Source of the DNA: Neoechinorhynchus agilis
Taxonomy: Eukaryota > Animalia > Acanthocephala
Direction of reading: 5' to 3'
Length of the DNA stretch: 64,000 bases
Assembly (NCBI GenBank): GCA_051530055.1
Contig: CM121341.1
Span: 8,472,784 to 8,536,783 of the forward strand
Shown here: positions 39,701 through 51,740 of the stretch, piece after piece
Layout of the letters: each line of letters begins with the position of its first letter
Position numbering within the stretch: position 1 is the stretch's first letter
Position numbers and translations under genes: made by a program
The notes under the pieces: generated by a model
What the model saw: the letters and a program-made list of their open reading frames with translations, nothing else
What the model was told of the DNA's origin: nothing
Databases searched by the model: none

Positions 39701-42700
39701 TGTCCTAAGTGTCAAGTATTCATGGACAGACTGTATCGTACATTTTATATCTTTCCAGTGCAATCAAATAAATTCAAAATCAAATTCAAAACAGTGGTTG
39801 ATTGACGCCCTAATAAAATAAGAGTGGCAGGCATATGGGTCCGTTTTTTTAATTTACAAAAATATATTCGCTATTAATTTGTAGCTGCTGCAATCAAATA
39901 AATTCAAAATCAAATTCAAAACAGTGGTTGATTGACGCCCTAATAAAATAAGAGTGGCAGGCATATGGGTCCGTTTTTTTAATTTACAAAAATATATTCG
40001 CTATTAATTTGTAGCTGCAAATGTATCTAAATTGTATTTTAGAAGAAAAGAAGCGGTATTGCATTCTTAATCTAATTATAAAAAATAGGACAAGCGTATT
40101 AAATCGCTTTCTCCGCTACAAATAAAGTGGGGATTTTTTGGCTTGTGATTATTTTCACCAAAAGTATAATAAATTAAAATTTTAAATATAATACTTGCGA
40201 AATATAATCAAGCGATTATTTTTGTTTACTTTGCCCCTCAAAGACAGGCAACCTAACATCGTAATTTGCATTGTTATATTCCTTAGATTAAAAAACGCAT
40301 ATTTCAATCGTTAATATGCGATTACAAAAGATCCACCTTTTTCGTGAATTCATTTTTAAAATAAAAATCTATGGTAAAATCATTGAGTTTTGAAAATACG
40401 TTTATTTCACAAGTATAAGATGTGTTTAAGTGTGGCCTTTTTCATGGCAGATAATTTTATTTCTTTGGCAAACTTCTGAGTTTGTACGAATCCCTGAAGA
40501 TCCTCACTCCGGGAGACGGGATAGAATTTACCGGCTAACCAGACTTCAAAAAATAGAAATACAAGAGTCGATCTAGCTTCTTTAAAAAAACGGAAATCAA
40601 TCAAAAGGAGGTTTTCGGCTTATTTCGCTAATTACGTGTTTCAACTTTATTAAAGTGCCAAAATGTTAATTAATTGTGTCTTTTGTTAAATGGCATATTC
40701 CCCATGGAATCCGTTTATACCAAGCAGACGAGAATGCGTTTTAAACCCAAAAAACGGCCCATACCGCAACAGAATAACGCTTCTTGAGGTTCTCGGTGTG
40801 AGGCTTCATATTTCCCTTCTAGCGAATGCTGAGTCTATCAATTAGCCTCCAGGGGTTCCATCTAGATTACTGATCACATACCTCGCACAAGTCCGCAATG
40901 CTATTTTTCATAATATAATCATAATTTGGCTTGAGGGTATTCCAGAAATCGTCGTTGAGTTTCAAGATTTCAATAGAAGAAAGACTAGAGTCCTTTTTGG
41001 GGCCATCTCTTGAATCAATATGATTATAGAACATGATTTCCACTCTATGAGTCATTTTATAAATATCTAAAAGTGTTACCCGTGTTTGCCAGAAAAAGAT
41101 CGACGTTTTTTTATCTATAATCAAAAAATTTGACTAGAATTTCTTTGAAGAAACATCACAAAAGTGTCTTTTTTGAGGCATTGGAATAAGCTTAGTAATC
41201 AGAATGCTCGCACTTATTTGTATGCGTTTCAAGTGAAAATTAAATAAAATTGGAGAAAAATACTTTAAAACCTAGTTACAACTTTAATCAAAATCATGAG
41301 TTTAGAATGAGAGTTTCTTGGAAGTAGGAGACGTTGATTAGCGGAATTTGCTACATGGCTGTAAATGTCGTCAGTTCCCTTCGTTCAAATTTAAACGCTC
41401 TAATAAAAGATAATAAAACTCTTATTCTAAACTCATGGTTTTTGATTAAAATTGTAACTATGCTTTAAAATAATTTACTCTTTAACGTTCACATTACTTT
41501 TAAAACATTTTTATTAGAGCGTTTAAATTTGAACGAAGTCAGGTAATCAACGTCGCCTGGTTCCAAGAAACTCTTATTCTCACTTCGATAGAACCTCGGA
41601 GCTTAGCAGTCTAATCAAAAGTACGATCGTGGAAAGCAGCAGAACAGACAGGCTATCAATATGTTTACTCAAGCTTGGATTTCGATTTCTCTTTACTCGC
41701 TCGCCAATAAAAATTCTAGATTAATAATGTTAACTCTAAAAGTGTGTTAATTGTCGAGAAATGAAGATTGAATTTCAAAAATTATACAGGTTTAAAAAAA
41801 CTCTAAAACGCTTTAAAGTATGCATTTTAAGCGCTCAGTGGAAGCTCAAACCCGATGAGGCGTTTATAACGAATTTGGATTTTATTCAAGGATTTAAAAG
41901 TACATTCTAAAACAACTCCTTCTTTCACCGTATGTATCCGTTATATTCCGGCTTCGTAAATCTCGAATTTTGTAGTTTAAAGCAGTAAAAGACGCAGATA
42001 CTATAGACCGAATATTTTTGCATAATCGATTGAGAGCTTCTAAAATAGCAAAAAAACATACGTTGAGAGGACCCAACAAAAAGGGAACAATCTACGTGGG
42101 TTTTTTTGTTAAAAGGTTAATAATACTTAAAGGGAAAAAACGTGTTCTTTCCTTAGATCTTTTTTAATTTGATTAAGTCTAAACGTGCTCAAGACTTCTA
42201 TTCGGATTTAGGAAGTCGAATAAGCTAATTCGAGCGATGTCGTGTCTCCAATCTCTCTCTCTCGTGGCCTTTGGTACCAAGATAATCATGCAAAGCCATT
42301 CTCGTGTAGATTTCGGCAAATATGAAACTCTATCAGCAACCTTCGACCACACGTATAGTCCGTTTTAATGCAATTGATAAGCGAGCCTGAAGAGTTGATG
42401 AGAATGTAAATATGGCGGTGAATACGAAGGAGGAACATAAACAAACGAGACCGTTAGCTATTTATTTCAATTAGTTTCGGCTGCGATGGGATAAATCTTT
42501 TCTGCTAGGCACGTTTTTCTAACATTTAAAAGTAAATAATTTTTGCTTGTTTTGGCATAGGATAGTTTAAAAAAATGGAACCATTTATTCCTTTTTAGAT
42601 TTGGAAGCGAAGCAGGCCATGAATAAATGCACTTGACTTGATATAAAATGTTATATCTGCAGATCAACGCTTTAAACCTTGCATGATAATGGTCTAAAAT

Positions 42701-44100
42701 GTGAGCTTTGTTGCCACTTTAGGATATTTGAAAAAAAGAGTAATTCTTAAAAAAATCTATTTGTCACAAGTAAACGCTTGTCCAATTCCTTTTAAGATTG
42801 ACGGGGTTCTGATGGCTGCACTGTGAAAAAGAGGTCTTCACGATTGGGAGGGATTTCCCCACAGACACATCAGAAACGCATGTAAGTTTGATGGAACTTT
42901 ATCCGCCGGCGAAATTAGTTGTCAGCAAAAATCAGGAGTATACTCTTTGAAATAGAAATTAAAGCCGCTTTCTAAAAGATAGGACTGCTCCATTTGTATC
43001 TTTGGGTGTATTTTAGATCTCATGTACATTGAGCGAATCTTTGGAATATATATTGTGTTAAATTAAAAGTTTAATTTGCGTTTAAAGCTTTGGTTCACGT
43101 TAATTTGGATAAGCTTAGCACTTATGGGCCTGGAGGAAGAAATCGTTTCAAATTGCACTTTAAATGGAGAGCATTACACACATCTTTGATGACTGATTTT
43201 AACAAAGAGAGCTTGCAAGTATAGTAGAGACAAAGGAAAGGATTTGGCAGTTATGAATGAACTAAAAATTCAATGAAACATTCCAGCAATTTCGAGAAAT
43301 CGGAATCTAAATGAGAAGGCGTCTGAATTCATTCTTTGTATTTAGATAAGAAATATTTTAAGAATTTCATGTGATTCAAGTCTCACGAATAAGCGATTTC
43401 CTTAAGGTTTTATAAGCGTTTTATGCTTTAAATAAGAATGCTGAAATTATACAGACTACTGGCACCAATTAAGGGATGAAATTAACATTGCAATATTCAA
43501 TATATATTTAAAAAAGAAATAAGCAATCGATTGAGCATCGCTTGTCGAACAATATGGACGTTTATTATGTTCAGACCTTGTATCAATTACTCAATTAGAA
43601 CGTTCATGCTTTAAAGATCTTTTGTCGAGCGCAAAGATTGACGAAATTTGTTAGAACAGTACGAATCCAACTTACGCTCCAGATATTTTTGTCCTCAAAA
43701 ACTTGATATTTTGTCGAGATCTTGTCATTTATGGGTTAAATTAGCTAAAATCACAATAGAAAATTTGCATTCAAACTAAAGAAAATCGTATTGATTAAAC
43801 ATCAATGATTCGTCAGGTTTTTTTATAATTCGGATTTTCGATTTAAATGTTGGATAAAAACGTAGAACGGTTTGATCGATCTCGGTTCTGGTGAACGTTT
43901 TTGAACATCTAGAAAATTTCGACTATTTTTTTAATTTGAGATTGCGACATTGTGAAAGCTATTTTACTTAAAATGAATATCATTGTGCCCATATTTGAGA
44001 TTACTTGCACTTATTATTGATTGACCATCCCCAGCGACATCTTCATCGCTAATGTTCTTCATAGCCACTTGTATATTTCCAAAAGCGCCACGTCCATCAA
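36764..44100 (-). CDS. Unidentified multi-exon gene or genes on the minus strand
   Basis: Series of minus-strand exon-like ORFs (37301-37528, 38667-38870, 38981-39260, 40407-40604, 40867-41124, about 43670-43745), several bounded by AG/GT. No recognisable family motif; boundaries are approximate. Confidence 0.35.
37940..38236. repeat. 297-bp near-perfect inverted repeat (hairpin)
   Basis: Outer stem 37940-38052/38124-38236 has 2 mismatches. Inner stem 38053-38074/38089-38110 is perfect. There is a 14-nt loop and a 13-nt one-sided bulge. Confidence 0.97.
39759..40018. repeat. Exact 2 x 130-bp tandem duplication
   Basis: tgcaatcaaataaattc...tttgtagctgc is repeated with period 130. Confidence 0.97.
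41265..41581. repeat. Three interleaved inverted repeat pairs
   Basis: A about 41265-41317 / 41417-41470; C about 41305-41341 / 41544-41581; B about 41380-41409 / 41509-41538. Confidence 0.85.
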
Positions 44101-44163
44101 CCCGATCAATAACATACCAATCGTCACAGATTTCACCTTCAACTTTCCAGACTGTTGACCAAA

Positions 44164-45153
44164 ATGTCCAACTTAAACGGCATTCTTGAAAAGTAAGAAC
44201 TCAGAAATGCATTCAAAGTCCACGAAAATAGCATTATAGTCCCGATGAACAATCCTATCTTGATCTGGTCGGTCGGATTATATCTGAAGGCAGTGTTCGC
44301 GAGAATCGAACGGGGATCAATACACGATCGATATTTGGAGCGCAACTTCGTTATAATCTTAGTGAAGGTTGGATTGCTTCCTTTTTAAATTCCACTAAAA
44401 GTTCATTGGCTTCTAGACACAATGCCGGTTTTCACGACAAAGCGCGTCTATTGGAAAGGCGTTTTGGAAGAGCTGTTTTGGTTTATTGGAGGTAAGACCG
44501 ATAGTCGATTATTATCGGCTAAGAATGTTCACATCTGGGACGCTAATGGTAGCAGAGAATACCTTGACTCGATTGGACTCAAAGATCGCGAGGATGGAGA
44601 CCTTGGTCCAGTGTATGGATTCCAATGGAGGCATTTTGGTGCCCAGTATACTGATTCCCACGCTGACTATCGTGAAAAAGGAGTTGATCAACTTAAATGG
44701 CTTATTTCGGAAATAAAAAACAATCCGACAAGTCGAAGACTAATAATGTCGGCATGGAATCCCATGGATTTAAACGAAATGGCACTCCCTCCGTGCCACG
44801 TAATGTGCCAGTTTTACGTTCAATCAAACGAACTTTCATGTCAGATGTATCAAAGATCGGCTGATATGGGTCTTGGCGTTCCGTTCAATGTGGCCAGTTA
44901 CTCACTCTTAACTCACTTAATCGCTCACGTAACAGGACTTCGTGCTAAGGAGTTTATCCATTCTATTGGAGATGCTCACGTCTACGAAAACCACATTAAA
45001 CCTCTCGAGGAACAGTTAAAGCGAAAACCTTTGCGGTTTCCACGCTTAAAAATCACCAATGATTGTACGGATATTGATTCTTTGAAACCCGAACACGTCG
45101 AACTTGTGGGTTACAAGCCCATGGCTAAGATTCAAATGGACATGGCCGTATGA
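44164..45153 (+). CDS. TYMS: Thymidylate synthase, 3 exons (44164-44192, 44240-44367, 44417-45153)
   Basis: [10 protein letters not shown]|[10 protein letters not shown]...[21 protein letters not shown]|...[17 protein letters not shown]...MALPPCH...[14 protein letters not shown]...GDAHVYENH...MDMAV*. The 47- and 49-nt GT-AG introns keep the frame. Confidence 0.98.
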
Positions 45154-45792
45154 ATTGCCATAAAATAGACTTTTTTGGTTCTAACATTAATCGTGGTGGC
45201 GTAAACATGGGTTTGAACAATACTATTTAGGGTTCCGTTTTCAAACGATAGTGGAGTTTGGACGTTATTTTAAAATAAGAAATTGTTGCATCATCTTGAA
45301 AAAGGAGAAATATTAATTGATTTTGTTGTAAGCAGTAATATTATTAAGCCTTAGGCGTATTCGCTCTTGACAACCAAACTATTTCGATTACGCTCTTTTA
45401 ATTTATAGATCGATCACGGCCAATGAGTTTAAGTTCAGTATTCTAAAGATTCCGGTGAGGGTTGAGATGTGCACATGGAAAGGAAAAATCGACCAATTTC
45501 TTATCTAAATAAAGTGGCATCTTTCAAAACCAATTTGTCAAAATATCTTCTAATGTTCCACAAGGAACGCTCAGGCAATGTTACCAATCAAAAGACTACT
45601 ATGATTCTTGTTTTAAAAAACTAAATGTACTTAGTTCATCCAATATCCTAAAACTGTTCAAGTAAACAGGTTTGAACATTAGATAATTGTTCGCTTTGTA
45701 TATATTATAAAATACTGTGTCGGGTTTATCCCCATGGATACCAAATATATTTCGATTTTAAACATTGATGCGTTTTTATCCTTTTTGAATAG

Positions 45793-47392
45793 ATGGCTGA
45801 CCCCTCGATTTTTAAAAACCTGTTGAGTAAACTTGATCAAAAATTCAATGATTTTGTTTATAGCTCAGACAAAGACACAAACAATCCGATTTTAAACAAC
45901 AAACATGAAAATATTGTTCCACAACATCTCTCGCGACTATTAGTGGCCATTAGAACAAAGAAATCTTATTTTGTTTATCCTTCAAGAGTGCAGTTTATGT
46001 GCGGGTTTAAGTTAAAAGACTTTTTTAAGAATAATTTCGTTATTGGTAGTGAAGATTGTGAACGAGTTCAGTTGGCATTTGATCGTGTTAGGAAGGAGGC
46101 CAATGTATCGCCTGACGGTTCAATCCCACAAAAATTTGTCTTACCTGCACTTAAGACCCTTTGCGGCATTGATGAAAATGCAGCATTTGAACAGGGAAAT
46201 GGTGGCAATGATGAACCAAAGACTCAAGGAACACTCGATTTCAATATGCCATTTCTCAACGACATTCTAAAAAGGATAAGTAAACGGAATACAATGAAAG
46301 AGAAACTGTTATCGATTCAGAAAAAAATAATGACAAATACGACCAGTATTTGAGTGAAGGGAGCAGTCGAAGTATAGTAATTTTAGTTATCGTTTAATTT
46401 CGAGAGACACAATGTTCACTAATCGCGGAGAGTCGTTTTCGCAATGAGCGAATTTAAAAATATAACCTGTTTACAGTTACAAACTCGATTTTTGCACTTA
46501 GGTTTTTATGCTGTACTCTCTCGGATGTAAAGATAAAAAATCTTCATAACTTGTATAATAATTAAGCCAGAATATTTATTTTTTTACGACTATCCGGTTA
46601 GATTGTGCTTCAATTCGCTATTAAATCTTCAGTGATGATACTTTTTTCTATTTAATCTACTCGAATTCTGGTCACAAGCTTGTTTTTGAGGGCATAAAAG
46701 ATGCTCTTTTTTGCAAACACCAAACAGAAAAAAGAATCGAATTTCACCAAAAGATGGTTGTGTTATTACAAGATTGGGTGAGAGTTGATTTTCAGGCTTT
46801 CTCTGCCTTACATTGCCTCGCCGAACGAGTTTTGCTTTGTATTGATCAGCAATACTAACATAAAGTGGACTACGTCCATTCTAAGGACGACCTTAAGGCT
46901 CCAGTGCAGTCAGAAGAGCTCCAGTCGTCGATTGAGTCGTATTATCCATTTGCTAAGGAAATAAGTGACTTTAAAAAGGAATACGATTTGAAGACAAAGG
47001 AACGAGATCTCATATGTAAAGAAAAAGACGTTTCGTCGAGAGTGATTGAAAGGATTGCGAATATAAATTTAAGAAAACCAATCATGCCACTTAATGATCT
47101 CTTCACTCATGACGCTGATCTAACCCTTCTCGAGAAGCTGAGACTTTTTAGCTCAGTTAAAGAAGGCGTTCATGAGGTAGTGAGAAGAGGTAGAACCCAA
47201 GAACCACGGATCACTACCTACATTATCATATGGCTCACTTTATGCGATATTTATCCGCTGTTGATCAGTATGGATACTTATAAAAGGTTCCAGTTCCTCT
47301 TAGATTTGAATAGATGTCTTGCAATAAAAGTCAACATATTCATTAGAAAACAACTTAAGATCGGGAACTCCAACGGAGTTTATAACCGATAA
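45793..47392 (+). CDS. Uncharacterised protein(s); two long ORFs probably exons of one gene
   Basis: 186-aa ORF from an AG-preceded ATG at 45793 and a 175-aa ORF at 46865-47392. No family recognised. Confidence 0.45.
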
Positions 47393-48915
47393 AAAGCACG
47401 TGACTAAATAGAACCTTCAAATAGTACTTGAGAAAATCCTTAAATGCATTTCCACCAGTGGAAATGTTATGATTGTTTCTATCTCGAGTAATCCATAATG
47501 AATTGCTTAGATACCATGCAAATTTAATTGGATTTCTGGTGATCATAATCTCCCGAATAAAATATGTTTGTGCGAAGAAACCTCGCAAAAGAGCTATTAG
47601 AATCTCTTCTTTCAAGCAATGACTGATGAAGCAAACCGTCCTCTTTCGAAATATACCAATCAAATATTTTCTATCAAGACGAAGGATTATTCCGATCACA
47701 ACTCGAACTCTATCAACCCGAAGGATTTCCTCTTGGTGATTTAAATTTAAGCGGGCGATGAATTTTTAAATTCCTTTTCAATGTCGGAAAAATTGTTGAA
47801 GTCGAACATTAAAGATGTCTGATTTAAAACTAAAGTATATTTACGGGACTCCATTAGCAAGGCCGTCGTCAGAGCAAATAAAATGAACATTGAATGCTTT
47901 TGAGCGCCATTTTTCCAATCTTAAAACTCCGGTTGACTTTACGAATTTTCATATTAAAATTTAATATTGTTGAAAGGATTGCACATTTTGCGCACAACTG
48001 GAAATGGGTTTTTCTCCACGTCCATTATTTTATCGATATCATCACGAAAGGATATTTGGCACATAACGAATTCTTTTTTGAAAGAATGATTTCGAAAAGC
48101 ATCCACGCGACCGCTCCGGATCAGCGGACTTCGGGGAATGAACCAGGACCTCCGCAGGGTACCCCGTGGGCTTCGTCAAGGAAAAGACTCCACCATCGAT
48201 GATGTTTTCTTCAATTGTCTCGTTTTGTGAGTGGCAAGTTTCCGTCTTTAAGTCGCGGTCCAATCTCCAGGAGGATCGTAACGAGTGTAGTGTTCCTAAG
48301 GACCGAAATGATCGCGGTTAAAAGAAACGCTTTTAAGTAGACATCGACATTCGTGCTTGTTAAAATGTCTGAAGATAATGTCTCACAGCTTGATATGAGT
48401 GTTTTGTTGAGTTGTTTCAGCGTTTGCTGCGAAATAAAGAACTCACATGAAGGAATAATAAATGGGTTTTAAAATAAGAAAACTGAGAAATCCTGGAGAA
48501 TTCAAGGAAAAGATGATTAAAACGGTTGCGAATAGAATAGCTCAACGTAGGTTTATTTCTGAAACGTAATTAAGAAAGAGACGCTGATTAAAATGTATGG
48601 AGAAATATCGAGAGTCGTTCTAGGATAAGATGGGAACTTAGACTAAGCCACGAAAAGTCATAGTGTTGTCTTCGCAAAAGCAGAAATGGCAATGATGCAC
48701 TTTTTGTGACATGCTGGCATCAATGATTTCTCATTTTGCACGAAGGAAATCGTGGATGTCAGGAATATTCTTAAACGGACGTTTTCTCCACTACGATCTT
48801 CTAAAGATTTCAAAGAGAGACTATGTTGGTTTTTATATCTTACAGATTGTAATTTAGGTTTTTTAGGCCGGAAATTGAAGGAATTTATTATGTCCGATTG
48901 ATTTCGGAGGCACAA
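47355..48915 (-). CDS. Possible unidentified multi-exon gene
   Basis: Cluster of minus-strand open frames (47355-47699, about 47960-48160, 48230-48430, 48658-48915). No motif identified. Confidence 0.25.
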
Positions 48916-49229
48916 TCTTGTACGCCTTTATTAAGATTATTTTTGTTTATCTAAACCAACAATTCAATCTTCAAACGTTATAATTTATGCCTGAATTTTT
49001 TTCCTGAGACTGGATTATTTTATAAAAAAGTTTACTTTGGTTATGGACACTGCGCTCGTGTTCTTTGGCGAAAAACGGAGTGTACCTTGTTCTAAAAACG
49101 TCTCTGAATAAGTTAGAGTGCACGTCGCGATCAGCTATTTAAGGACTTTGAAATAAAACGTAAAACCACATAACTTAAAAAACGAGCGTAATATCGCCGT
49201 CTCCACAAAGGTTGCAGCGGCGTTTAAAG

Positions 49230-50755
49230 ATGATAAATTCGTTGAAATCAAAAGAAATCATTGATCGCGAGTGGAAATATGGCTGCCACAATTATCACCC
49301 CCTTCCAGTTGTTCTCAATTGCGGTCAAGGTTTGTCCACACTTGAAGCCTTTAATGAAATCATTCTTTTAGGAATCTTTGTCTTCGATCTGGACAACCGG
49401 CGATATTTCGATTTCCTTAGTGGATACAGTGCCCTCAACCAAGGTCACTGCCATCCTAAGATAACTGCAGCTCTCAAGGACCAAGCAGATAAACTAACCC
49501 TTACGTCTCGTGCTTTTTATAACGACAAATTGAGTGATATGGAGCAATTTTGTTGTCAATTGTTTGGCTACGATAAACTTCTTCCAATGAACTCCGGTTG
49601 TGAAGGGTCGGAAAGTGCAGTGAAGATTGCTAGAAGATGGGGATATGAGATAAAAGGCATTCCTGATAACGAAGCGATCGTCGTATTTGCGGAAGGGAAT
49701 TTTTGGGGGCGTTCTATTGCTGCCGTGTCCTCTTCCACGGATCCAGATTCTTTTAAGCACTATGGTCCATATTTGCCTAAATTCGAGATAATAAAGTATA
49801 ATGATCTAGAAGAGTTAGAGGTTTGTTCTCAATCGTTATCAATGAACACTTTCACAATCCACTAAGGATAAATGCAAGAATCCAAATGTTTGTGCTTTTA
49901 TGATTGAACCGATTCAAGGGGAGGCAGGTGTAATAATCCCAAATGAAGGATACTTAAAGGGAGTCCGTGAACTGTGCTCAAAGTATAATGTACTCATGAT
50001 CGCTGATGAGATACAAACGGGATTAGGGAGAACTGGAAGGTATGAAACTAAAATCAAGAATTAGGCCAGTAGTTTTAAGATTTTTTGAAATTAAAGTCAC
50101 GAAAACTCTCGGTTTCAATTCAGAGTTTTGATGTGCGCATTTAAGGTTGATATGCTGCGACCACGAAAATGTGAAACCTGACATCCTCGTACTTGGAAAG
50201 GCAATGTCTGGCGGTTATTACCCGATTTCCGCAGTATTGGCCAACGACAATGTCATGAATGTTATTACACCCGGAACTCATGGCTCAACTTATGGTGGAA
50301 ACCCACTTGCTAGCGTTGTGGCAATTGCTGCTTTAAAAGTACTTCAATGGCATTTTTTACGTTAATAAACAAAAAATTTAGTGTTTAGTTGAAGAGAATA
50401 TGATTGAGAATAGTGAGTGTATGGGATTGAAACTGAGAGAAGGATTGGAAAAAATGAAAGGACGTGTGATCGTCAATGTCCGCGGAAAGGGTCTAATGTG
50501 TGCCATCTCCCTTGCACCGGGTATAAACGAATCGGGGTTTAAAAAGTCTTTATGGCTTATTTTTCAGGTTTCGACGCGTTCAAATTCTGTCTGAAACTTA
50601 AAGACGAGGGACTTTTGGCTAAACCAACTCACGGTGTTCACATCAGACTTTGTCCACCGCTGATCATTAACGAAGAGCAGATAAAAGAAAGCTTAGACAT
50701 TATCAACAAAGTGGTCGAATACGTCTCAAGCAATCAGACTGAATTTAGAGCTTAA
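49230..50755 (+). CDS. OAT: Ornithine aminotransferase, multi-exon
   Basis: [13 protein letters not shown]; [17 protein letters not shown]; [22 protein letters not shown]; EPIQGEAGV; [12 protein letters not shown]; LGKAMSGG (PLP lysine); [10 protein letters not shown]; GLLAKPTH...IRLCPPL. Confidence 0.97.
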
Positions 50756-50790
50756 AGGACATTAAAAAATAATTAGTCTTTATTGAACGA

Positions 50791-51740
50791 TTAGATAAAA
50801 AGTCCTGGGGGTACTCTATACTTTTCATAGGCATTCTTTTCAATGTCTATCTGAGTATCTTTAATCACATAAACGCATTCCAATTCTAATTTAAACGGGA
50901 CCTGTGATGTTATCCATAAGACTGATTGTTATCCCAGTCACGGAGCTCATATACTTCTTTTCCGGTTGGATATCTTTTAGTACGCCTTTATTAGCAAGAG
51001 CCAGTTTAGCAAACGGAATCCGGACGTCCTGCCAATAAGGACCACCGCGAGTGTGAAGAGGATATACATACATCTCATGAGCAAGCTCTTGATAATAACC
51101 TGGCATGTTCAATATAAGAGTATAACATCGTCCATCTCCACGTAATCGGAGTCCAATGTGAGTGTACGCCGCCCATTCGAACTTTTTATTCCCAATACGG
51201 AAAGGCATTCGATCTCCTTTGGCAACCATTGCAGCGAGACCGCGTACTTTAATAGGTTCAATGTTTTTTTCGCTACTGATGGCTTGTGAGAGGTCGAAAT
51301 CGTATCCTCCATCCAAGTATCCGCTGAAAATAAGCCAACGTTTGTTTGGGGAAAGTTCTACTCTTGCCCAAGACTCTCCAATTCGCTCTGGTCTATCGGA
51401 TGCAACCATCCAATTGTTCAAAGGTTCATCCGTACCGTCGAATGTGTACACCGGAGTACAGTCACCGTGGTAATGAATTAATCTTTATTGGTAAGGGATA
51501 AAGGAAAAAACAAGCTGAAAGTTACGTAAAAGTACCGAGGAGTGCTCGTAAACACTTCTTTCAATTCTTTACATAATTTCATTGTATCGCCCCAAAGAAG
51601 TTTGATTGTCTGTAAGATCCGGACGTCGATGGGAATCGAACTGATTTCATCTTTTATCTCCTTTGCACCCTCGATGCCTATGGAGCGGACGATAGGTTAG
51701 CCGACAAAGCTCTTTTATACGCCAATATATAGGGGCATTT
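50791..51740 (-). CDS. NDUFAF1: Complex I assembly factor CIA30/NDUFAF1, with a 1-nt frameshift at about 50897-50899
   Basis: IGLRLRGDGRCY; YPLHTRGGPYWQDVRIPF; ISLMDNITGP, then FKLELE...NAYEKY...GLFI* in the shifted frame. The start exon is uncertain. Confidence 0.85.

Noticed and set aside
44030-44155. Casein-kinase-like N-lobe on the minus strand, head-to-head with TYMS (GRGAFGNIQVAMKNISDEDVA)
   Set aside because: No in-frame ATG, no lysine at the expected VAxK position, and no HRD/DFG-type exons found downstream; chance or a tiny relic.
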